A stretch of DNA of 64,000 nt. It comes from an uncultured Acidobacteriaceae bacterium (lineage in GTDB: Bacteria > Acidobacteriota > Terriglobia > Terriglobales > Acidobacteriaceae). Within the stretch, counting starts at the first letter, position 1. Each line of letters starts with the position of its first letter. Shown here one piece after another: positions 36,154-43,269 of this stretch. Under the pieces are notes generated by a model. That model was not told where the DNA came from. It searched no databases and saw only the letters and a program-made list of their open reading frames with translations. The DNA lies in contig CAWITO010000009.1 in the NCBI GenBank assembly GCA_963839075.1, positions 1,306,720 to 1,370,719 of the forward strand, read 5' to 3'. The position numbers and the translations under genes are program-made.

Positions 36154-37290
36154 TCAGAAAACTTTTACGTGGAACGTCAGGTATTTTTTCGGATTCTCGC
36201 GAATGCCCGCAATCAGACCCCGGGTTTCGGTCAGCGACTGGTCCAGATTGTTATAGAGCGAAGGATTGACCACCAACTGTCCGATCGTTCCCTGGCCGCT
36301 GTCTACCCGTACCAGGATCGAGTCGAGCTTATCGACTGTATCCCGCAGCTTGGCGGCGAATTGAGGATCCTTGGCGATCATGCCCAGACCGCCCTTGCCC
36401 GCGTTGATGTCGCTCAACAACTGGTTGGCGCTTTTCACTGACTCGTTCAGGTTGTTCGCCAGGGACTCATCTTTCAGCAGCTTGCCGATGGTGCCTTTAC
36501 CTTCATCCAGGCTGGTTGCCATCTTGTCCAGTTTGGCAACGGTATCGTTGACGTGGTTATAAAGCGTGTCATCGGCCACAAGTTTGCCGATGGAGCCTTT
36601 TCCGTTGGCCACGGAGTCAACCAGGTGCGAGAGCTCGTTCAATGTCGCCACGGCTTTGTTGTACAAGTCGGGGTTGTTGATCAACTCTCCGATCGAGCCC
36701 TTGGTGGAGTTGAGCGAATCCGCCAGGTGATCGACCTTGGCCAGGATGGTATTGAGCTGCTCGATCGTGCCCTGGCTGGATTTGATCACGTCGGAAAGAT
36801 TCGGCGTCTCGTTGGTCTTGAGTTCCGCGTTATTTTGTACCGGCGGCCCAAAGGCCGACTTGCTGTTGATGTCCACCACCGTATCGCCCAGAACGCCGAT
36901 GGTTTCCAGGCTGGAGCTGGAATCGGTGTGCACCGCGTCTCGATACTTGGCGCCGATCTTGTAGGTCACTTCGACCGGCGTGAGCTTGCGTGAGGGTACG
37001 ATGGCAATTTTGGTGACGTTGCCAACCGTAAAGCCTTCCAGGTTCACCGGTGCGCCGACTTTAATGCCGGCCGCGTTCTCAAAGTAGGAGCGCAGCGTGA
37101 TTTTTCCCGTGAAGATGCCGCCGGTGCTCCCCGACATGAGGAAAATGAGAGCCCCCAGGGCTGCCAGCGCCACGATGACCAGAACGCCCACCTTCAGTTG
37201 TGACCACTGGACTTCCTGCTGGCTTGGCACAGACCCCCTCGGGTTGAAGCGAGTGCAGTGGGTAGAGCCCACTGCGACTGAGCATATCAA
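36154..37290 (-). CDS. MlaD/MCE-domain protein with repeated C-terminal G-K-G-x-I-G-K-L motifs
   Basis: TM span plus KITLRSYFENAAGIKVGAPVNLEGFTVGNVTKI (MCE core). At least five repeats of GKGSIGKLV, GKGTIGKLL, GQGTIGQLV, TKGSIGELI and GKGGLGMIA. The start codon is uncertain (GTG 37230 is possible). Confidence 0.8.
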   Translation of the reverse strand: MICSVAVGSTHCTRFNPRGSVPSQQEVQWSQLKVGVLVIVALAALGALIFLMSGSTGGIFTGKITLRSYFENAAGIKVGAPVNLEGFTVGNVTKIAIVPSRKLTPVEVTYKIGAKYRDAVHTDSSSSLETIGVLGDTVVDINSKSAFGPPVQNNAELKTNETPNLSDVIKSSQGTIEQLNTILAKVDHLADSLNSTKGSIGELINNPDLYNKAVATLNELSHLVDSVANGKGSIGKLVADDTLYNHVNDTVAKLDKMATSLDEGKGTIGKLLKDESLANNLNESVKSANQLLSDINAGKGGLGMIAKDPQFAAKLRDTVDKLDSILVRVDSGQGTIGQLVVNPSLYNNLDQSLTETRGLIAGIRENPKKYLTFHVKVF

Positions 37291-37308
37291 ATGACGGCTT
37301 GGGGCCCG

Positions 37309-37686
37309 TCAGCCTTCCATCATCACCGTGGCCATGGCGAGGTTGCCGGTGTGGGTAAGCGAGAGCGAGATGGCCGTCACTCCGAGCTGCTGGGCCAGCA
37401 AACGGGCCCGGCCGGTCAGTTCGAGGACAGGGCGCCCTCCCGGTTCGCGACCGACCTGGAACTCGCTCCATGTGACTCCACGGCTGATACCTGTTCCCAG
37501 GGCTTTGGCGCCTGCCTCTTTGGCGGCAAAACGCGCGGCGAAGCTTTCCGCGTTCGCTCGTTTGCGGTTGCAGTAGGCGATCTCCTGGGGCGTATAAACG
37601 CGGTGCAGAAACCGGTCGCCATACCGCTCGATCGAATGGGCGATGCGTTCAATTTCGATCAGGTCAACACCGGTACCGATCAACAT
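37309..37686 (-). CDS. acpS: Holo-[acyl-carrier-protein] synthase
   Basis: MLIGTGVDLIEIERI...FAARFAAKEAGAKALGTG...LSLTHTGNLAMATV. Start taken at the internal ATG 37686. Confidence 0.9.
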   Translation of the reverse strand: MLIGTGVDLIEIERIAHSIERYGDRFLHRVYTPQEIAYCNRKRANAESFAARFAAKEAGAKALGTGISRGVTWSEFQVGREPGGRPVLELTGRARLLAQQLGVTAISLSLTHTGNLAMATVMMEG

Positions 37687-37835
37687 GGACACCACATTAC
37701 CACGGGGTCCTTTATGGTCATCTGTCTCTGTGTGCAACGTAACCAGAGCACCTAACCGACGTACCTGTCTTGCGGCTGAAGATCGGGATAAAGGGGCCGA
37801 TCAACTTACCAGGCAAGGTATAGTCGGAACACATT

Positions 37836-38279
37836 ATGTCGGATCTGTCTTCAGAGAATGTCCTGTATCTGACCGCGCTGATCGCGGAGGATCAATCTAT
37901 GGTGGTGCCTCGGCTCTCGGGGTACATTCCGGATTGCGGAGGATGGATTCGCAGTCGCTCGTACCTTGAGCCGGGCACTGCTCGTTTCGTGTTCGAGTTT
38001 CCTCGCGATATTTGCGTGGAGATCTACAGTGTTCTGGTCTCTGCCGGCTTGCAGCTGACCGCAGCCTCTCATCTTTTGTTGACCGAGCTGTGCCGCTGTA
38101 CGCCGCATCTCTTCGGACCTTCGTTACGCGATCTACCGGCGGTGGATGAGGTCAGCCTCGATTTGGCCACGCGCTACATCTGTTCGCTCGAGATCATTAA
38201 GGTGCAGCTACAAATCTGGACGGTGAAGGGTGAAGAATTGGAAACCCACATCGCCGGCACCCAAAGCTTCGCCGCCTGA
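37836..38279 (+). CDS. Hypothetical protein, possibly ACT/GcvR-like fold
   Basis: 147 aa. NVLYLTALIAEDQSMVVPRLSGYIPDCGGWIRSRSYLEPGTARFVFEFP follows a beta-alpha-beta-beta ACT-like pattern. This is a weak call by eye only. Local GC is lower than the flanks. Confidence 0.4.
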   Translation: MSDLSSENVLYLTALIAEDQSMVVPRLSGYIPDCGGWIRSRSYLEPGTARFVFEFPRDICVEIYSVLVSAGLQLTAASHLLLTELCRCTPHLFGPSLRDLPAVDEVSLDLATRYICSLEIIKVQLQIWTVKGEELETHIAGTQSFAA

Positions 38280-38316
38280 GCGTACCTTCGAACCGGACCC
38301 CACGAAGTTTGGGTGC

Positions 38317-38348
38317 CCCATATCTCGCTGTTGTTGGCGAGATGTGGG
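38317..38348 (+). repeat. Hairpin element copy C (GGGTGSCCCAT family)
   Basis: CCCATATCTCGC, loop TGTTGTTG, GCGAGATGTGGG: 12 bp with U-G at base pair 5. The 5' flank is TGGGTGC. It lies between a convergent + ORF (stop 38279) and recG (stop 38360). Confidence 0.8.
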
Positions 38349-38359
38349 TCTACCGCAGA

Positions 38360-40594
38360 TCACCCGGCATCCACTAGTCCGTAGCGCCGTTGCCATGCCT
38401 CGCGCAGGCGGGCCCCCACCCTGGACTTCTCCTCTTCCGTCGCCTCCCCACCCGCGACAAACGAACGAGCCTCGGTCTTGGCCAACTCCAGCAGAGCGCG
38501 GTCGCGCACCAGGTTTGCTACACGAAAATCGGGGAGACCCGCTTGCCGGGTGCCAAAAAATTCTCCGGGTCCGCGGAGTTGCAGATCCAATTCAGCCAAC
38601 TCAAATCCATTCTGCGTACGCACCATGGCAGCCAGCCGCTCCACGGCCTGTTGAGAGGTCTTTCCACCGGTCATCAGGATGCAATACGACTTCGCTCTGC
38701 CGCGGCCCACGCGGCCCCGCAGTTGATGCATCTGCGCCAGACCGAATCTCTCCGCATGTTCGATCACCATCATGGTTGCATTCGGCACATCGACGCCGAC
38801 TTCAATCACCGTGGTGGCAATCAGCACATCCACTTCCCGGCGCTGAAATCGACGCATCATGATCTCCTTCTCGTCCGCATCCATCCGTCCATGCAGCAAA
38901 CCCAGTCGCAGCCCCTTGAGTGCTCCGGTCTTTAGCTCCTGGTACATTTCGGTGGCTGCCTTGAGCGGAGACCGTTTGAAGAGCGGTTCCTGCTCTGGCT
39001 CGCCTGGAGCGAAGTCCAATTCCGGCTGATCTTCTTTCGACCCTTCGATCACGGGATAGACCACGTAGACCTGGTGCCCCATCCGCACCTGTTCCCGCAC
39101 GAGCGCCCATACGTCACCCGCTGCGTCATCCGCCACCTGCCGGGTCTCGATAGGTGTACGGCCCGGCGGTAGTTCATCGAGCACGCTCAGATCGAGGTCG
39201 CCATAAAGCGAAAGCGCCAGGGTTCGGGGAATGGGGGTGGCGGTCATGACCAGGACGTCCGGCTCGCCGGCATTTGGCTTTTTCATCAACCGGAAGCGCT
39301 GCAGCACGCCGAAACGATGCTGCTCATCGACAACCACCAGCCCGAGCTTGGCGAAATCAACCCGCTCCTCAATCAGGGCATGGGTTCCGATCACCAGTTG
39401 CGCTTCCCCGCGGGCGATCTGGCCACGGTGAGCACGTTTGCGGTCTTCGTCCAGAGACCCGGTCAGCAACACCACTTTGTACGGCTGTTGTGACCGCTCC
39501 AGAAGCTTGCGCGCGCCCAGGAAGTGCTGGGTAGCCAAAATCTCTGTGGGCGCCATGAGCGCTGCCTGGTAGCCGTTCTCGATAGCCACCAGCATCGCCT
39601 GCAACGCCACGATGGTCTTGCCGGAGCCGACGTCCCCTTGCAGCAGCCGCCGCATGGGCTCGGGTGAGCGCATGTCGGCAACGATCTCGCCCAGGGCCGT
39701 TTTTTGCGCTTTGGTGGGGTGAAACGGCAGCACCTGGCGCAGCGCCGCCCGGACCGCATCGTTGGTTTCAAAGGGGATGCCTTGCCGCTGGCGGAACTTC
39801 TTCCGCTTCAGTTCCAGGCCAAGTTCAAGATAAAAAAGCTCTTCGAAGATCAGCCGCTTTTGTGCCGGAGTGGTCCAGGACTGCAGCTGGCTCATGGAGG
39901 TTCCGGCCTCGGGGAAGTGGGTCGAGCGCAAGGCCCCTTCGCGGCTGGGCAGTTCGAGCCTTCGGCAGAGCTGTTGCGGCAGCGTTTCCGGGATTTGGCC
40001 TTTCAGCTCCTCAAGAACTCGCCACAGGATGCGTCGCTGCCATCGTGACGCCAGTTTGTTGCCCAGGGTTTCATAGACCGGGGCGATGCGTCCCACCTCC
40101 AGCAGTTTCGATTCCTCGTCGTCGTGGTCATCCGGCAGCACCTCGACCTGGGGCTGGATCATCTTGAAGCTGTTGCTGCTGCGAGAGGCTTCCACCTTGC
40201 CGTACAAGGCCACCCATTGACCGGCTTTGAAGCGGTCCTTCATGTAGGCGCCGTGGAACCACATGCACTTGACCTTGCCCATTCCCTGGCTGACGGTCAT
40301 TTCAAAGATGGGCATGCGCCGGGTCCGGAGCAGGGTCATGGCGCGGACTTCGCCGATCAGGCTGGCCATTTCGCCGGGTACGAGCTCTTCGATCGCTTGC
40401 GGACGAAGGCGGTCTTCGTAGCGGAAGGGGAGGTGGTAGAGCAGATCTTCGATGTTGGTGATGCCCTTGTCGAGCAGGGCCTGGGCGATGCGCGGGCCGA
40501 TGCCCTTGACGAACTGAAGGGACGTTTCCAGAGTCAGAGGCACAACTGGAATGCTAACAGCGGGGCCGACGGGAAGACCTCGCCCTGTCCTCAC
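38360..40594 (-). CDS. recG: ATP-dependent DNA helicase RecG
   Basis: 744 aa. Wedge/OB N-terminus, GDVGSGKT (Walker A), DEQHRFG and QLRGRVGRG. Confidence 0.95.
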   Translation of the reverse strand: MRTGRGLPVGPAVSIPVVPLTLETSLQFVKGIGPRIAQALLDKGITNIEDLLYHLPFRYEDRLRPQAIEELVPGEMASLIGEVRAMTLLRTRRMPIFEMTVSQGMGKVKCMWFHGAYMKDRFKAGQWVALYGKVEASRSSNSFKMIQPQVEVLPDDHDDEESKLLEVGRIAPVYETLGNKLASRWQRRILWRVLEELKGQIPETLPQQLCRRLELPSREGALRSTHFPEAGTSMSQLQSWTTPAQKRLIFEELFYLELGLELKRKKFRQRQGIPFETNDAVRAALRQVLPFHPTKAQKTALGEIVADMRSPEPMRRLLQGDVGSGKTIVALQAMLVAIENGYQAALMAPTEILATQHFLGARKLLERSQQPYKVVLLTGSLDEDRKRAHRGQIARGEAQLVIGTHALIEERVDFAKLGLVVVDEQHRFGVLQRFRLMKKPNAGEPDVLVMTATPIPRTLALSLYGDLDLSVLDELPPGRTPIETRQVADDAAGDVWALVREQVRMGHQVYVVYPVIEGSKEDQPELDFAPGEPEQEPLFKRSPLKAATEMYQELKTGALKGLRLGLLHGRMDADEKEIMMRRFQRREVDVLIATTVIEVGVDVPNATMMVIEHAERFGLAQMHQLRGRVGRGRAKSYCILMTGGKTSQQAVERLAAMVRTQNGFELAELDLQLRGPGEFFGTRQAGLPDFRVANLVRDRALLELAKTEARSFVAGGEATEEEKSRVGARLREAWQRRYGLVDAG

Positions 40595-40629
40595 TACGGG
40601 CCCAGGACACCGTGTTCCTGGGCCAGGTG

Positions 40630-40815
40630 TTACCGGGCCGCGATCGCGTGCCGGCGTTTGTGGTTGGCAGCGTCCAGCATATAGACGCAGCGCGCGTCTA
40701 CGTGTTCGGCCATCTGGAAGACCTTGTCGAGCTTGTCATCCAAAGTCGGTTTGCCGGCTGAACGGGTGGTCAGAGTGTACTTGCGCGAGTAAAGAGTGAT
40801 GTTGTGTGTCGCCAT
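40630..40815 (-). CDS. Possible small protein (61 aa) upstream of recG
   Basis: Inner ATG of ORF 40630..41139: MATHNITLYSRKYTLTTRSAGKPTLDDKLDKVFQMAEHVDARCVYML... No clear SD and no domain recognised. Confidence 0.3.
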   Translation of the reverse strand: MATHNITLYSRKYTLTTRSAGKPTLDDKLDKVFQMAEHVDARCVYMLDAANHKRRHAIAAR

Positions 40816-40957
40816 GATGAATACTGGTATACCTGAGCGCGGGCCTCGAGAAAATGCGCCAATCACACTATTACCCCGGCCCAAAGGGGCCACCGCCCCT
40901 CCCCTTCGGGCACCCCCCTGGCCTGCCCCCTTGGTTACCTCCCTGTAGAATCGCTCG

Positions 40958-41626
40958 GTGGACGAGGACAATTTCAGCCTTAAGCAGCGGATTCTAATAG
41001 CCATCGTCCCGCGCCTGGTGGCGTTGCTGTTGCGGGTGCTCAACCGCACCTTGCGATATGAAACCGTGGTGGAACCTGGTGCAGCGCCCGCGGTCCCGCC
41101 GGCACTGCAGGTGTGGTGCTTCTGGCACCGGTGCCTCATTCCCTGCGCCTGCTATTTCCACGGAAAATTTACTCCGGCCGTGCTCATTAGTCGCAGTTTC
41201 GATGGCGAATTGATTGCGCGCACCATCGAGCGTCTCGGCTTCCTGACTGCGCGCGGATCGAGCACACGTTCAGGGGGAAGCGGCCTGTGGGCGCTGGCCA
41301 AGGCCGTCGGACGTGGCAATCCGGCGGTCTTTACCGCGGATGGTCCTCGCGGCCCGGTGTACAAAGTGAAGCCGGGCGCGATCAAACTGGCCCAGCTCAC
41401 CGGCTACTCCATCGGCATCTTCTATGCCCACCCGCACCAGGCCTGGCAGCTCAAGTCATGGGATCGTTTCCTCATCCCCAAGCCGTTTTCGCGCGTAGCC
41501 ATCAGCTGGGGCCGTCATATAGACGTGCCGCAGAGCGAGGACCCGCTGGTGGTCGAAGCCAAGCGGCAGGAAGTAGAAGAGGCCCTGGAACGTGCTCGCA
41601 TCAACGCCGAACGGCACTTCAGCTGA
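40958..41626 (+). CDS. DUF374-type lysophospholipid acyltransferase-like protein
   Basis: ...FWHRCLIPCACYF...LISRSFDGELIARTIERLGFLTARGSS...FTADGPRGPVYKVKPGAIKLAQLTG matches the DUF374 pattern (from memory). Confidence 0.7.
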   Translation: MDEDNFSLKQRILIAIVPRLVALLLRVLNRTLRYETVVEPGAAPAVPPALQVWCFWHRCLIPCACYFHGKFTPAVLISRSFDGELIARTIERLGFLTARGSSTRSGGSGLWALAKAVGRGNPAVFTADGPRGPVYKVKPGAIKLAQLTGYSIGIFYAHPHQAWQLKSWDRFLIPKPFSRVAISWGRHIDVPQSEDPLVVEAKRQEVEEALERARINAERHFS

Positions 41627-41669
41627 CGCAGAGAATTTCTGAAGGGGTGGGGCTTGGGATGCCGGCTCG

Positions 41670-42710
41670 CTAGGCGATAAACATGCAGTCGCCATAGGAG
41701 AAAAAGCGATATCCCAAAGCCACGGCATGACGATAGGCGGCAAGGGTATGAGCGGTGCCGGCGAAGGCGCTCACCAGCATCAGTAATGTCGACTGTGGCA
41801 GATGAAAATTAGTCAGCAGCGCCTTGACCACTTTCAACTCCGATCCTGGAGCGATAAAAATGCTGGTAGCTCCCGAGTGTGGCTCCATCCTGCCGATCTG
41901 CGCGCAATGCTCTAAAACCCGCACCGTGGTCGTTCCTGCGGCCACAACACGCCGCCCCTCGCGGATTGCGTGGTTAACGGCCTGGGCGGTCTCCGCAGGA
42001 AGAGAGTACCGCTCGGAGTGGAGCTGGATCTCTGACACCTCGGCTACGCGCACGGGTTGGAAGGTCCCCAGCCCCACGTGGAGCGTGACGTAGGTAACCG
42101 ACACGCCGCAGGCACGAATACGTTCCAGAATCTCAGGGGTGAAGTGCAAACCCGCAGTGGGCGCGGCAACAGACCCGCGGTTGCGCGCGAAGACCGTCTG
42201 GTAGCGCTCACGGTCGAGCGGCTGGTCCTGGCGCCGAATATACGGAGGCAGGGGGACGTGCCCCAGGGCCTCCAGCCGGGTGAAGAAGTCTTCCACCGGC
42301 GTGAAGCGCAGCAGGCGCTCACCGAAGTCGCCGGCCCCGATGACTGCAGCCTGCAGCATGGGGCTGCCCTCCGGGGTGGAGAACGTCAGCTCCTGGCCGG
42401 CCGTCATTCTACGCGCCGGACGAGTCAGGGCTCGCCATTCCCAATCGCTAAGTTGCTCGGTAAGAAGAACTTCCACCTTGCCTGTCGTGCCGGGCCTAGC
42501 TCCATACAGCCGCGCTGGGATCACCCGGCTGTCATTCAGGACCAGCACATCCCCTTCGTGGAGCAGATTCGGCAGATCAACAAACCACATATCCTCCCAG
42601 GCGCCGGTCTGCCGGCTGAGAGAGAGCATCCGGCTGCCCCCACGCTCCGCCGGCGGTTGCTGCGCGATCAGTTCCGGGGGAAGCTCGAAATCGAAGTCGG
42701 AGATCAGCAC
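41670..42710 (-). CDS. queA: S-adenosylmethionine:tRNA ribosyltransferase-isomerase
   Basis: ...[28 protein letters not shown]...[12 protein letters not shown]...[11 protein letters not shown] prefer GTG 42710, which gives [11 protein letters not shown]. The track ORF extends to 42737. Confidence 0.95.
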   Translation of the reverse strand: MLISDFDFELPPELIAQQPPAERGGSRMLSLSRQTGAWEDMWFVDLPNLLHEGDVLVLNDSRVIPARLYGARPGTTGKVEVLLTEQLSDWEWRALTRPARRMTAGQELTFSTPEGSPMLQAAVIGAGDFGERLLRFTPVEDFFTRLEALGHVPLPPYIRRQDQPLDRERYQTVFARNRGSVAAPTAGLHFTPEILERIRACGVSVTYVTLHVGLGTFQPVRVAEVSEIQLHSERYSLPAETAQAVNHAIREGRRVVAAGTTTVRVLEHCAQIGRMEPHSGATSIFIAPGSELKVVKALLTNFHLPQSTLLMLVSAFAGTAHTLAAYRHAVALGYRFFSYGDCMFIA

Positions 42711-42757
42711 AGGCTGATTGTATGAGGGTATCCTCAAGAGAGCGGGAGGGCGGCGCT

Positions 42758-43269
42758 ATGGCGACCACGACACATGTTCCGGTTGAGGTTTATCTGCGGT
42801 CTTCTTACGAGCCCGACGCCGAGTACGTCGATGGAACGGTCGAGGAACGCCCCAAGGGAGAGTTCGATCACGCATCATGGCAAGCCGCCATTCTGGCTTG
42901 GTTTCACCAGCATAGAAACGAATGGAGCACCCGTGTACGTGCCGGGTTGAGGATACAGGTCGCGCCCACTCGTTTTCGCGTTCCCGACGTCACGATACTC
43001 GAGAGAAGCCTGCCCAAAGAACAGATCATCACCCATCCTCCTATAGCCGTCTTTGAGGTGCTCTCGCCCGAAGACACCCTGCAACGACTGAAGAAGAGAC
43101 TTGAAGACTACCGCACCATGGGCATTCCGGAGATCTGGGTGATCGACCCTCAGGACACTACCTACTACCGATACGAAATGGCCAACTGCGCCGCAACAAC
43201 ACCTTCTCCCGCGCGGCCAGGGGAATCATCTTCGACATGAACGAAATCAAAAATATCCTCGACGACTAA
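42758..43269 (+). pseudogene. Uma2 (DUF820) family endonuclease with a -1 frameshift near the 3' end
   Basis: MATTTHVPVEVYLRSSYEPDAEYVDG...RFRVPDVTIL...PIAVFEVLSPED...GIPEIWVIDP is Uma2-like. After ...YRYE the frame yields junk and stops at 43240. The alternative frame gives GQLRRNNTFSRAARGIIFDMNEIKNILDD, which ends at a TAA overlapping the polA ATG (TAATG). Confidence 0.7.
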
